A stretch of DNA of 64,000 nucleotides, from NCBI GenBank assembly GCA_963833985.1, contig CAWIAD010000001.1, forward strand, positions 2,176,001 through 2,240,000. The letters run 5' to 3'. A program made the position numbers and the translations under genes. Source of the DNA: an uncultured Planctomycetaceae bacterium. GTDB lineage: Bacteria > Planctomycetota > Planctomycetia > Isosphaerales > Isosphaeraceae. Below the pieces are notes generated by a model. That model ran no database searches. It was given only the letters and a program-made list of their open reading frames with translations, and was not told the origin of the DNA. Position 1 is the stretch's first letter; each line of letters opens with the position of its first letter. Shown piece after piece: positions 10,698-22,487 of this stretch.

Positions 10698-11555
10698 ATG
10701 ACCCGCTGGGAAGCACGAGGCCGAGTGATCCTGGCGGCCGATGATCAGGCTCCGCTGGTGATGGGCATCGTGAACATCACTCCCGACAGCTTTTCCAATG
10801 GCGGGAGGCCGCTCCCCACCGAGGCCGCGGTGCAACGAGCATGGGACCTGCTCGACCAGGGGGCAGACCTGCTCGACCTGGGCGCCGAGTCCACCCGTCC
10901 GGGCGCACAGCCCGTCCCACTGGACGAGGAGCTGAAACGGCTTTTGCCGGTCCTTGACGCGCTGGGGGAAGGGCCCGATCTGCCTCTTTCAATCGATACC
11001 TCCAAGGCCAAGGTCGCCGCCATGGCGCTGGCCCGAGGCGCCTCGATCATCAACGACGTCACGGCCCTGCGAGCAGACCCTGACATGGCCCGCGTGATCG
11101 CGGACTCCGGCGCAGGGGTCGTTCTCATGCACATGCAGGGCACGCCCGCGACCATGCAGGCCCGGCCCCGGTATGACGACGTGGTCGGCGAGGTCCGCGC
11201 TTTCCTGATCGAGCGCATCGCCTGGTGCGAGCAGTGCGGAATCGCGCGGTCGCGCATCGCCGTGGACCCGGGCATCGGCTTCGGCAAGACGTTTGAGCAT
11301 AACCTGCAACTGTTGCGAAACCTTGATCAACTTGCCAACCTGGGCTGTCCCCTGCTGATCGGCACTTCCCGGAAAGGATTCCTGGGGACGATCACCGGCC
11401 GTGACGTGCTCCATCGCGACCTGGGATCGGCGGTCTCATCGCTGGCGGCCTGTGCCGCCGGCGCACGCGTTGTGCGCGTGCACGACGTGGTCGCGATGGT
11501 GGACGCCATCAGTATCTGGACACAGTTGAGAGGGTGGGGAGGCAGTACATCGTGA
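10698..11555 (+). CDS. folP: Dihydropteroate synthase
   Basis: MGIVNITPDSFS, GAESTRPG, SIDT, DPGIGFGK, GTSRK, RVHDV. Confidence 0.96.
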   Translation: MTRWEARGRVILAADDQAPLVMGIVNITPDSFSNGGRPLPTEAAVQRAWDLLDQGADLLDLGAESTRPGAQPVPLDEELKRLLPVLDALGEGPDLPLSIDTSKAKVAAMALARGASIINDVTALRADPDMARVIADSGAGVVLMHMQGTPATMQARPRYDDVVGEVRAFLIERIAWCEQCGIARSRIAVDPGIGFGKTFEHNLQLLRNLDQLANLGCPLLIGTSRKGFLGTITGRDVLHRDLGSAVSSLAACAAGARVVRVHDVVAMVDAISIWTQLRGWGGSTS

Positions 11556-12854
11556 GCACCTCGATCATGGGCCCGGAACATGCGTCGGGATCCGAATCAG
11601 CCGACCTTGAGGCCGTCTGCCGTACGCTGGCAGAACAGGCGAAGGTGGCAGCGCGGCAGATGGCGCTGGCCTCCGGCGCTGCCAGGAACCGTTGGCTGCG
11701 GCGGTCGGCCGAGGCACTGCGCGCGGACGCCGGAGATCCTCGAGGCGAATGCTCGCGACCTGGCTGCGGCGCCCGGGATGGGGCTGGGCTCCGCGGCCAT
11801 CGAGCGCCTGACGCTCGACGGCCGCCGGATCGACGAGATGGCCGGATCGCTGCTCGAGGTGCTGGCCCTGCCTGACCCGATTGGCGAGCTGGTCACGGCC
11901 AGCCGCCGGCCCAACGGCCTGGACGTGAGCCAGGTACGCGTGCCCCTGGGCGTCATCTTCATGATCTACGAGAGCCGGCCGAACGTCACCGTCGATGCTG
12001 CCGCGCTCTGCATCAAGAGCGGTAACGCCGTGATCCTGCGGGGCGGCAAGGAGGCCATCCACACGAACCGCGCCTTGCACCGCGTCCTCGCCGATGAGCT
12101 CGGTCCTTCCGTTCTGCCCGAGCACGCCGTGCAGCTTCTGGGCACGACGGATCGCACCGCGGTCGGAGTCCTGCTGGGTCTGCCGGATCTCATCGACCTG
12201 GCCATTCCGCGGGGTGGCGAGAGCTTGATCCGGCGGGTCGTGGCCGAGGCGAAGATGCCGGTGATGAAGCACTACCAGGGAATCTGCGCCGTGTACGTTG
12301 ACGCCGCGGCCGACTGTGACATGGCGACCCGCATCATTACCAACGCGAAGGCTCAGCGCCCGGGGGTCTGTAACGCCGCCGAGACCCTGCTGGTCCATCG
12401 CCAGATCGCTCGGGAGTTTCTCCCCCGCGCCTGCCGGGCACTGAGCGAGGCCGGCGTCACATTCAGAGGCGACGAGGCCGCGCGCTCGGTCGTTCCTTCC
12501 ATGACCCCTGCGCAACCGTCCGACTGGGACACCGAGTTTCTCGACAAGATCCTGGCCGTGAAGGTCGTGGAGTCTATCGACGAAGCCATTGCTCACATTG
12601 CCGCTCACGGCTCGGCCCACACCGACGCGATCGTTACCAGGGACCTGGCCGCGGCCCGCCGGTTCGTGGCCCAGGTGGACAGCGCGGTGGTGATGGTCAA
12701 CGCCAGCACCCGGTTCAACGATGGTGGTCAGCTTGGCCTGGGCGCCGAGATAGGCATCAGCACCGACAAGTACCACGCCCGCGGCCCCTGCGGCCTGCGC
12801 GAGCTGACCAGCACGAAATGGGTCGTCATCGGCGACGGCCAGGTGCGCGAGTGA
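11552..12854 (+). CDS. proA: Gamma-glutamyl phosphate reductase (frameshift in GC run ~11720)
   Basis: PLGVIFMIYESRPNVT, KSGNAVILRGGKEA, CNAAETLL, NASTRFNDG, GAEIGIST, HARGP. Confidence 0.95.
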
Positions 12855-12885
12855 CCCACAGTCGGAGCCGTCCGATCGATCGTGG

Positions 12886-15872
12886 TCACCGGGCCACCGC
12901 GCTGAGCTGGCTCGCCCTGGAGATGAGCTCGACCAGTTCCTTGCGGTAGCCCATCGGGTCATGAGCCAGGGTGGGAGTGGCAAGCTCCAGGACCACGGGA
13001 TACGTGAGATTGCCTTTGAAGGATGAGTTCCGCAGGAGCATGCCGAACCCGGCCACGGCGCTGGCGAGCTTGAAATCGAGCGAGGCGTGGCTGTAATCGA
13101 GGCCCTCGTCCACGACGCCGCGTTCGATCAGTGTGCTCACATCGCCCTCGGGCGGCTTGGAGCGCACCCGGACCGAGAATGACTCGGGGCTGTCGTCCTT
13201 GACCTTCGCCGGCTGCACATACTTCGAGGCTTCGATGCTGGCGGCCGCCGGCTGCTTGACGGCCGGAACCAGCTCGTAAAGCGCAGTGACGTGGTGTCCG
13301 GCGCCGATCTCGCCGGCATCCTTGGCGTCGTTGGAAAAATCTTCCTTAGTCAGCAGGCGGTTCTCGTAGCCGATGAGCCGGTACGCCGCCACCTTCGCCG
13401 GGTTAAAATCAACCTGGATCTTCACGTCCTTGGCAATCGTCACGAGCGTCGAGCCCATCTGGCGGACAAGCACGCGGTACGCTTCATCGGTACTGTCGAT
13501 GTAGGCGTAATTCCCATTGCCCTTGTCGGCCAGGGCCTCGAGCGTCCCGTCCTTGAGATTGCCCATGCCAAACCCCAGTACCGTGAGGAACACCTTGCTC
13601 TTCGCCTTCGCCTCGATGAGCTTCGTCAGTTCGTCGCGCTGGGTGATGCCGACGTTGAAGTCGCCGTCGGTGGCCAGGATCACGCGGTTGATTCCTCCGG
13701 TCTTGAAGTTCTTCGAGGCGATCTCGTACGACTGCTGGATGCCCGCGCCGGCATTCGTGGAACCCTCGGCATGAAGCTGGTCAATCCGCGAGACGATCTC
13801 GCGCTTGTGCTCGGCATCACAGCGCGTGGAGGGGAGATAAAGCCCCGAGGCACCGGCGTAGACGACGATGGCGACCTGGTCCCGCCCGTCAAGCTGCTCG
13901 ACAAGCTTGCGCAGCGACCACTGGACCAGCGGCAGCTTGTTTGCGTCGGCCATCGAGCCGGAGACGTCGATGAGGAAGACAAGGTTACACGCCGGCCGTT
14001 CGAGTGGATGAATCGGCTTGCCCGTGATGCCGATGCGGGCCAGGCGATGCTCGCCGTTCCAGGGACAGCGTGCCACTTCCAGGCGGATGGCGAAGGGGTC
14101 GGGCCCATTCATGGGCGGAGCCGGATCCTGGTAAGAAAAGAAGTTGATCAGCTCCTCGATGCGCACCGAGTTCGGTGGTGGCAACTGGTTCTGTTGCAGC
14201 AGGTAACGCCTGAGGTTGGTGTAGCTCGCCGTGTCCACGTCGATCGAGAAGGTGGAGAGAGGCTGCTCCATCGCCGGGATGAACGGATTCTCCTGGATCG
14301 CATCAAACGCCTCGAAATTGCCGGCCGCGCCAGCCGCCTGCATCCGAAAGTCATTTGTCTGGCCGTCCAGAAGCGCGGCTACAGGGGCCGGGACAACAGG
14401 GGTCGGGACAGGCGCGGCTCCAGATGCGGGAGCCGCTTGCTGAACCGGGGTCGGGACAGGGACGGCTCCAGGTGCGGGAGCCGCTTGCTGAACCGGCTCG
14501 CCAGAGACCGGAGGCAGGAACCCCGGCGCGACAGCTCCAGCCGGCATTCCAGTCTGGGCCTGCTGGACCGGCGCGTTCGGATTCTGTGCCGCCTGCTGTG
14601 CGGGAGCAGCCAGAGGTTTGCCCTCCATCGGCGATGGTGCAGAGGAGATACTGAGGATCGACGGAGGGGTGGCGGCAGCGGCCTCCTGGAGCTTCGATTC
14701 CTTCTGCTTGTCCTTGGCGAAGAACGCCGAGCGGCCAGCAGTCCTCTGGCCCTGGCCGGCCTCGTTCTGCTGAGCGTACGGTCCGGACGAAGGCAATGCG
14801 GAGTTCGCGACCAGGCCCGGCATTGCGTTATTCTGCGCCGCATTCTGAGCGAGTGACGCCGGGCCCTGGGCGCCCAGGTTCGAGGCGTCCTTCCCAGGGG
14901 ACGGATTGTTCCCCGGATAGGCATAGCCGGCGGGCGGCTCGGCGTAATGCTCTCGCGTTCCTGGAATTCCGCCGCCCATTCCGCCACCCATTCCACCCAT
15001 GGAACCCGCCATCGCTTGCTGCGCTGCCGCGGGTCCCTGTTGCGGTCGAACGCCCGATGACATCATGCGCGACCCGAACCCGCCGGAAGGTTGTCCAGCG
15101 GGAGCCTGGGCCGCCGGACTGGCTGCCGGAGCCCGCGTGGAAAGAGGACGCGCACCCGCCATGAACCTGCGCGAATCCCGGCCGAGCAGCTCTTCCTCTC
15201 GTTGCATGCGGTCGCGTTTCGCACCCGCCAGGAGCTGCCGCGTTTCCCCGCGCGAGCAACCTCGGCCGGCTTGCTAGCCTTCTCGTCAATGGCCGGAAGC
15301 GCAGGGGAATCGGCTCGCACCCGGGCAACGAGAGCTTCGGCGCTCTTGACCCGCAAGGCGTCGCTTGCCGGGTCTTGCCCGGGCTGGGCGGGGTCAGGCT
15401 TTGTTGACCTCAGAATCAAGTTGATCTGCGGTTCCTCGCTGGGGGCCTTGGCAAGTTCCGGTCTGAGCTCGCGTCGCGCCAGGGGCGCCGCGTCCAGGGC
15501 GATCCCAGGCGCTCTCATCTGGGGACGATAGGCATTGAGCGTGAAGAACCCGACCGTTGCGCCCACCAGCAGCGTGGCGGCCATTGACAGCACGCGGTAG
15601 GGCCTCCGCCACCAGCGGCGGACCGGAGCCGGGGACGTGGCTTTGAGGGCCTCATCAATCCGCTGATGGTGTATCTCCGCCAGGGCGGAGGCGGCTGCCG
15701 GCTCCCTGCGGAGTTCGTCAGCCAGCCAGGCGGCCGTCTGGCGGATCTCGGCGACCGAATTCCTGGCCTCTTCGCTCTCATCGAGAAGCTGGTGAAGTTC
15801 GTCTTGCTCGAGCGGGTCCAACTCGCCCAGGGCATAGGCCGTCAGCCGAGGGTCATTCGGGTCAAAGTTCAT
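12886..15872 (-). CDS. Anti-sigma-like N-terminus + TM + low-complexity linker + YfbK-type vWA/DUF3520 domain (frameshift ~15246)
   Basis: [12 protein letters not shown] anti-sigma-type start and [21 protein letters not shown] motif [34 protein letters not shown]. Confidence 0.85.
14401..14496 (-). repeat. 48-bp tandem duplication in the vWA protein linker
   Basis: Two near-identical units at 14401-14448 and 14449-14496 encoding [16 protein letters not shown]. Confidence 0.9.
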
Positions 15873-15893
15873 CGGGGATCTCCTTTCAGCTCT

Positions 15894-16436
15894 TCAGGCA
15901 CGGGCCTCGACCGGCTGGCCGTCGAATAGTTGTCCGCGAAGCGTTTTGATTCCCGCGTGGATCAGGTAGCCAACGTTCGAGACGCTGTGCCCGCTGATCC
16001 GGCTGATTTCCTGGTAGGAGAACCCGTTCTGAAACTTGAGACGGAGCACTTCGCGCTGGTTCGGCGGAAGCGTTTCGAGCAAGGAGAGGACTCGTACTCC
16101 CAGGTCGTGCCGCTCGGCCGCCTCGAGCGGGCCGGGGGCGGGGCTCAGGCAATGATTCACCTGTTCGTCGCTCAAGCGAGTCATGCGATGCTCCTTGCGC
16201 AAGACATCCAGGGCCCGGTTGCGGCACACCGTGAAGAGCCATTCCGCCAGATGATCCCCGACCGCGGCGTGGTTTTGGCCGCAGAGGCGCAGGAACGCGT
16301 CCTGGACAACGTCGCGGGCGGCGTCCGCATCCCCCAGCAGGCGCGTGGCATAGATGAGGAGCGGCTTCTCGAAACGGCCGACCGCCTCGTGAACCCACGC
16401 CCCGTGCTGGCTCTCGAAATTCTCTGTCATCACCAC
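15894..16436 (-). CDS. ECF RNA polymerase sigma factor
   Basis: DVVQDAFLRL and WLFTVCRNRALD (region 2); LPPNQREVLRLKF and SYQEIS (region 4). Confidence 0.93.
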   Translation of the reverse strand: MVMTENFESQHGAWVHEAVGRFEKPLLIYATRLLGDADAARDVVQDAFLRLCGQNHAAVGDHLAEWLFTVCRNRALDVLRKEHRMTRLSDEQVNHCLSPAPGPLEAAERHDLGVRVLSLLETLPPNQREVLRLKFQNGFSYQEISRISGHSVSNVGYLIHAGIKTLRGQLFDGQPVEARA

Positions 16437-16682
16437 TCTCGCCAGGCGATGTGAGGCCGTTCGATCTTACTACGCACCACGCAGGCGTTTCTTAGAGGCG
16501 GGCCCGCGGATTTCCAGACCAACGCGTTCCCCGCCATGATCCGGCACCCTCATCGGACCACGCACGCCGCTTCCTCCACGCATCCCAAACCGCGGCTTGG
16601 CTCTTGAGTCCAGAACCGCAGTCCCTGAAACTAGCATCTGGCGGGTTCGGATCGCGATCGTCCACCCGGAGGGTCATGCAAG

Positions 16683-17836
16683 ATGGCTTGCCGTGCATTC
16701 GTCCTCTTCATCGCTCTCATGGCCCTGGCGGCCTCGTCTGCGCCGGCCCTGCAACCTCCTCCGCCAGCGGCCAGCTCTTCCATCTTGCCGATCCGCCCCA
16801 GCGCCGATGGTTCCCATTTCGTTCGCGCGGGCTCAGACCGGCCCTTCCTGATCTGGGGCGTCAATTACGACCGGGATGACTCGGGCAGGCTGCTCGAGGA
16901 TTACTGGGCCCAGGAGTGGCCGGCCGTGATCCAGGACTTTCAGGAGATGAAAGCGCTGGGAGCGAACGTCGTGCGCGTTCATCTCCAGCTCGCCCGGTTC
17001 ATGCACAGCTCGGAAGAGCCCGGCCAGGAGAACCTCGCGAGGCTCGAGAAACTGGTGCGTCTGGCCGAGGCCACCGGGCTGTACCTCGACGTCACCGGGC
17101 TGGGCTGCTACCACAAGCAGGACGTTCCCGCCTGGTACAGCGGCCTGGACGAGACGGCACGATGGGCCGTTCAGGCTCGCTTCTGGAAGGCGATCGCCGG
17201 CGTGTGCCAGCGGAGCCCGGCCATCTTCTGCTATGACCTCATGAACGAGCCGATCGTCGCCGGGGGAGAGCGGAAGGACGACTGGCTGCCCGGCCCAGCG
17301 CTCGGCGGCAAATACTACGTGCAACGGATCTCCACCAACGCACGGGGGCGGACCGACAAGGAGATCGCCGGTGCCTGGGTCAAGTACCTGTGCTCCGCCA
17401 TCCGTTCGATAGACACGACGCACATGATCACTGTTGGCGTTATTCCCTGGGCCCAGGTCTTCCCGGCGCAAAGCCGCTATTCCACGATCCTGAAGTTGGC
17501 AGACCGCTGGACTTCGTGAGCATTCACCTTTATCCCAGGGCCGGCAAGCTCCAGGCCGACCTGGACGCCCTGAAGGTCTATGAGATCGGCAAGCCGCTGG
17601 TGATCGAGGAGATCTTTCCGCTCGGGGCGAGTTACGAGGAAACCGAGGCGTTCATCGAGCGCTCGCGGCCGATCGCCGACGGGTGGGTCAGTTTTTACTG
17701 GGGCAGGACCATCGAGGAGTATGACGGGGCAGGCGGCCTGAACAATGCCCTGATCGCCGGCTGGCTGCGCCGTTTCCGGGCGCTGGCGCCTCGTATGACG
17801 GGAAACGAACCGTCCGAGAAGACAGGCGGTCGATGA
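16683..17836 (+). CDS. Secreted GH5-like (clan GH-A) glycoside hydrolase (frameshift ~17463)
   Basis: Signal peptide, GANVVRVHLQ, YDLMNEP acid/base motif, DFVSIHLYP, KPLVIEE nucleophile. Confidence 0.8.
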
Positions 17837-17867
17837 CGTTCGCTAGCAGTCCAAGAGGGACCGTTGC

Positions 17868-18905
17868 ATGAAAGTCTGTATCGTCGGCGCGGGTGCGATC
17901 GGCGGGATGGTGGGAGTCCAGCTTGCACTTGCGGGTCAGGACGTCACGTTCGTCTGCCGCGGTGCCACGCTGGAGGCCGCCCGCGCGCGCGGCTTCACGC
18001 TCATCCTCGAGGACGGCACCCGGCGGCAGGCTTTCCCGGTGACGGCGATGGACCGGGTTGCGGATGCCGGCGTGCACGACGTCGTGATCCTGGCGATGAA
18101 GGCGCACCAGCTTCCCGCCGTGGCCGGCGAGGTGCGGGCGCTGCTCGGTCCCCAGACTGTCGTGGTGACGATGCAGAACGGGATTCCCTGGTGGTACTTC
18201 CTCAACCTCCCTGGCCCATTCCACGGCACGAGGATCGAGGCGGTGGATCCGGGGGGAACGATCGCGGCAAACCTGGAATTCCAGCGCGTGATCGGCTGCG
18301 TCGTTTACCCCGCGGCCGAGACGATCGAGCCCGCCGTCATCCGCCATGTGGAAGGCCTCCGGTTTTCGTTGGGCGAGCTGGACGGGTCTGACACGCCCCG
18401 AGTGCAGCAGATCGCCGAGCTCCTCCGCGCCGCGGGATTCAAGGCTCCGGTCAGCAGCGATATCCGCTCGGAGATCTGGTTGAAGCTCTGGGGAAACGCC
18501 TCGTTCAACCCCATCAGCGCCCTGTGCCATGCGACACTCGTGGACATCTGCCAGTTCCCTCTCAGTCGCGAACTGGCCGCCCGGATGATGAGGGAGGTGC
18601 AAACGATCGGCCAGAAGCTGGGAGCGAGCTTCCGGGTGTCGCTCGAGAGGCGGATCGCGGGCGCCGAGGGCGTGGGCAAGCACAAGACCTCGATGCTCCA
18701 GGACGTCGAGCACGGCCGGGCCCTGGAGATCGAGGCGCTCATCGGTTCGGTCGTGGAGCTCGGCCGGCTCACGGAAACTCCCACGCCCAGCATCGACGCC
18801 GTGTACGCGTTGACCAGCCTGCTGGCGCGGACGCTGCACGAGCAGAATGGACGGTTGAGGATCGAGCCGGCGGTTGGAACACATTCTTCTGAGGCGCCAC
18901 TTTAG
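17868..18905 (+). CDS. panE: Ketopantoate reductase family, PanE2/oxalyl-CoA reductase-like
   Basis: GAGAIGG, QNGIPWWYF, IWLKLWGN, HKTSMLQD; directly upstream of an oxalate-CoA ligase-like gene. Confidence 0.85.
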   Translation: MKVCIVGAGAIGGMVGVQLALAGQDVTFVCRGATLEAARARGFTLILEDGTRRQAFPVTAMDRVADAGVHDVVILAMKAHQLPAVAGEVRALLGPQTVVVTMQNGIPWWYFLNLPGPFHGTRIEAVDPGGTIAANLEFQRVIGCVVYPAAETIEPAVIRHVEGLRFSLGELDGSDTPRVQQIAELLRAAGFKAPVSSDIRSEIWLKLWGNASFNPISALCHATLVDICQFPLSRELAARMMREVQTIGQKLGASFRVSLERRIAGAEGVGKHKTSMLQDVEHGRALEIEALIGSVVELGRLTETPTPSIDAVYALTSLLARTLHEQNGRLRIEPAVGTHSSEAPL

Positions 18906-18907
18906 CA

Positions 18908-20444
18908 ATGCAGGCCATGAAGATCGAGCAAACCATCTTGAGTCTCCTCGAGGCCGGCGACGACGAGGCATCTGCGATTGCCGCACCGGGCGTCCGTTCG
19001 CTGAGCTATGGCGCGTTGCGCGCGCAGGTCCGCTCCACCGTGGAGACCCTGAATCAACTGGGAATTGGCCGGAACGACCGGGTGGCGATCGTCCTGCCCA
19101 ACGGGCCAGAGATGGCGACGGCGTTCCTGGGCATCGCGGCCGGCGCATCGGCCGCACCGCTGAACCCGGCCTACCGCAGTGACGAATTCGAGTTTTACCT
19201 CTCGGATCTCGCCGCGCGGGCCATCGTCGTGGAGCAGAACAGCGACTCCCCGAGCCGCCAGGTCGCCCAGCGGCTGGGGATCCTCGTCCTCGAGCTCCAC
19301 ACCGCCGGGACCGATCGGCAGGCGGGCGCTTTCCATCTCAAGGCGACTGGCTCCGTTTCGGAGCCGGCGGCGACGGGCGGCTTTGCCCAGGAGGATGACG
19401 TGGCACTCCTGCTGCATACCTCCGGGACCACCTCGCGGCCCAAGCTGGTGCCGCTTTCGCAACGCAACGTGACTGCCTCGGCGCGGAGCATCCAGGCCAC
19501 GCTCGAGCTCACCGCCGGCGATCGCGGTCTGAACATCATGCCCCTGTTTCATATCCACGGGCTGATGGCTGGCCTGCTGGCTCCGCTAGCGGCCGGCGGG
19601 CGGGTGTTCTGCACGCCGGGCTTCAACGCCCTGCGGTTCTTTACCTGGATGAGCGAAGCGCACCCCACCTGGTACACGGCAGTGCCCACCATGCATCAGG
19701 CGATCCTCACGCGCGCCGGGCACAACCGCGAAGTGATCGCCGCGAACCCGCTCCGGTTCATCCGCTCATCGTCTTCCTCGATGCCCCCCCAGGTCATCGC
19801 CGCACTGGAAGAGACCTTTGCGCGCCGCTCATCGAGTCCTACGGCATGACCGAGGCATCGCACCAGATGGCCAGCAACCCACTGCCTCCCCGCAGGCGCG
19901 TACCGGGCACGGTGGGTCTCGCCGCCGGGCCCGAGGTGGCCGTCATGGACGAACAGGGGGCGCTGCTTGGACCCGCGCAGACTGGCGAGATTGTGATCCG
20001 TGGCGAGAGCGTCACACGTGGTTACGAGCAGAACCCGCGGGCCAATGCCGAGGCGTTCACGAACGGCTGGTTCAGGACCGGCGATCAGGGAGTTCTGGAC
20101 GAATCGGGCTATCTCACGATCACCGGCCGGCTCAAGGAGATCATCAACCGGGGCGGCGAGAAGATCTCCCGCGCGAGGTGGACGAGGTGCTCATGGACCA
20201 TCCGGCAGTCTTGCAGGTGGTCACCTTCGCCTACCCGCATGAAAAGCTGGGCGAGGACGTGGCGGCCGCGATCGTGCTGCGCGAGGGGGCGTCCGCCACG
20301 GAGCAGCAGATTCGCGAATTCGCAGCCCGGCGCCTGGCCGATTTCAAGGTCCCCCGCAAGCTGCTGTTCGTGACCGAGATTCCCAAGGGAGCCACCGGAA
20401 AGCTCCAGCGCATCGGCCTGGCCGACAAGCTGGGGCTGAGCTGA
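18908..20444 (+). CDS. Acyl-CoA synthetase, oxalate-CoA ligase (AAE3/Pcs60/Oxs)-like (frameshifts ~19822 and ~20170)
   Basis: [83 protein letters not shown]. Confidence 0.85.
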
Positions 20445-20516
20445 GGCGGCCTGCCGGCAGGGCGCCGAGGTGGCAGGGATAGCCTCACGACTCTGGTCAT
20501 CACGCTGGATAAACTC

Positions 20517-21140
20517 ATGCAAAATGGATCGCGCACGATTCGCGAGGAGATCCACGCGGTGCTCCTGTTCGTGGGGGCCATCTGGCTGGTCTTCTTCATC
20601 AGCCTGGCCGTCCCGGCCATCGATCAGTTCGGCGTCATCCCGCGGCGGATCATCGGGCTCGTGGGGGTCGTGGCCATGCCTTTCCTGCATGGAAACTTCC
20701 AGCATCTGATCTCGAACACGATTCCGCTCGTGGTCCTGCTCACCCTGCTGTCGGGCTCGAGGGGCAACTCGTGGCAGATCGTGCTGGAGGTCACCCTGCT
20801 GGGCGGCCTCCTGCTCTGGATCTTCGGCCGTGAGGCCGACCACATCGGTGCCAGCGGGCTGATCTCCGGGCTGACGGCGTTCCTCATCGTCTCCGGTCTG
20901 CTCGAACAGCGGATCGTCCCGCTGCTGATCGCGGTGGTCGTCGGCATCTTCTACGGCGGATCGCTGATCGCCGGTGTGATTCCCCGCTTTGGATCAGACA
21001 TCTCGTGGGACGGACATCTTTGCGGGGCAATCGCCGGTGGCATCGTCGCCTGTGCGCTCACCCGTCCCGCCTCGCCAGGACGCGCCGGCAGCTTCCTCGG
21101 GGGACGGAACCGTGGCCTGCTGAAGCATCTGCGGAGCTGA
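20517..21140 (+). CDS. Rhomboid intramembrane serine protease
   Basis: FLHGNFQHLISN, HIGASG catalytic Ser, SWDGHLCG catalytic His. Confidence 0.92.
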   Translation: MQNGSRTIREEIHAVLLFVGAIWLVFFISLAVPAIDQFGVIPRRIIGLVGVVAMPFLHGNFQHLISNTIPLVVLLTLLSGSRGNSWQIVLEVTLLGGLLLWIFGREADHIGASGLISGLTAFLIVSGLLEQRIVPLLIAVVVGIFYGGSLIAGVIPRFGSDISWDGHLCGAIAGGIVACALTRPASPGRAGSFLGGRNRGLLKHLRS

Positions 21141-21188
21141 TGTTCCGGTCCGGCTTCGCTCGGCCGAATTGCCGTCCCGCGGTCCCAC

Positions 21189-22487
21189 CTATCCTGCGCC
21201 ATTGGAACCGGACGCCACGGGATGCAGGTCGATGAGCACCCGGCCAATGGCATGGTCATGCACGTCGAGGACAGTGAACTCGATGCCATCGTGACGGAAC
21301 TTCGCACCAGGCTCGGGCAACCGGCCCAGCTCGTGGAATGCCAGGCCGCCCAGCGTCTGGAAATCTTCCTGCGTGGGCAAGTGCAGGTCGAGACGATCGT
21401 TGAGGATGTCCAGGGGCAGGGTCGCGTCCGCCTCGTAGCGCGTCTCCCCGAGCGGCTTGATGGGATCTTCGGGGGTCGGGACGTCGTGCTCGTCGTCGAT
21501 CGGTCCGACCAGTTGCTCCAGCAGGTCTTCGAGCGTCACCAGACCGGCCACCGCGCCATATTCGTCGAGCACGATGGCCATCTGGGTGCGGTTCGTTCGC
21601 AGCTCGTCGATGAGCTGCAAAGCATCATTCGTCTCCGGAACGAAGAACGCGGGGCGGAGGAGCTGCGGCGGAATGACGGTATGGGGGTCCTCGTTCTCCA
21701 GCATCAGGTCCCACAAATCCTTGCCAAGAAGGATGCCGGTGATGTCGTCGCGATTGGCCCCGTAGATCGGAATCCGGCTCCGGCCGGTCCGGCGCAGGGT
21801 TTCGGCGGCCGTGCTGACGGTGGCGGTGGCTGGGAGACTGATGATGGCCGTGGAGGGAATCATGATCTCCGAGACGCTGGTTCGGGACAGCTCTACAACA
21901 CGTTGCAGGAGAGCGCGTGTGGCTTCGGGAAGCTCCGCCTCAACGTCCTCGGAAGTCTCGCCCTCCTCGGTGCTGATCTCCACCTCCACGCTGGCGGGCC
22001 GTGGTCCGTTGCCGGGATGGCCGGCGAACCGTTCGGTGAGATACTCCAGCCACTCCGCGCCCTTGGCCAGCGGCCAGGCTGCGGCGCGGATGATGAACGC
22101 GGACGGCCAGAAGGTGTGGATGATGGGTTCGGCGTAAACCTTGCCGACGACGCCGGTCAGGACGTAGCCGAGGCCGCCAATCACAAGCACCAGCAGCAGC
22201 AACAGCTCGAGCCGTGGCGGAGAGTGCCAGAGGTCAAGTCCCACCCCGATCAAAGCGGCCAGCATCAGGCCGGTGACCACGGCCATCGCCTCGGCCGCCC
22301 GCTCCGTGGCCGTATCGAGATGAGCCACCTCGACCGCGCGCTCGGGCTTACCGTGATCGGCGCAATACTCTTCGAGCCGGCTCCGGGAATACGATTGCAG
22401 CGCCTTGGTGAGGGCGATGGAGGCCAGGTGCACGGCCAGGGCCGGCACGGCCAGCACCAGCATGACCAGGGGGGAGAGCCCGATCAC
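21189..22487 (-). CDS. CNNM/CBS/CorC hemolysin-like metal transporter
   Basis: N-terminal TMs, [37 protein letters not shown]-terminal CorC domain. Confidence 0.9.
   Translation of the reverse strand: MIGLSPLVMLVLAVPALAVHLASIALTKALQSYSRSRLEEYCADHGKPERAVEVAHLDTATERAAEAMAVVTGLMLAALIGVGLDLWHSPPRLELLLLLVLVIGGLGYVLTGVVGKVYAEPIIHTFWPSAFIIRAAAWPLAKGAEWLEYLTERFAGHPGNGPRPASVEVEISTEEGETSEDVEAELPEATRALLQRVVELSRTSVSEIMIPSTAIISLPATATVSTAAETLRRTGRSRIPIYGANRDDITGILLGKDLWDLMLENEDPHTVIPPQLLRPAFFVPETNDALQLIDELRTNRTQMAIVLDEYGAVAGLVTLEDLLEQLVGPIDDEHDVPTPEDPIKPLGETRYEADATLPLDILNDRLDLHLPTQEDFQTLGGLAFHELGRLPEPGAKFRHDGIEFTVLDVHDHAIGRVLIDLHPVASGSNGAG

Noticed and set aside
16470..16500. Autoregulatory ECF promoter GAAAC...CGTA upstream of the sigma gene (minus strand)
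   Set aside because: A spacer of 12 bp is too short for typical ECF promoters.
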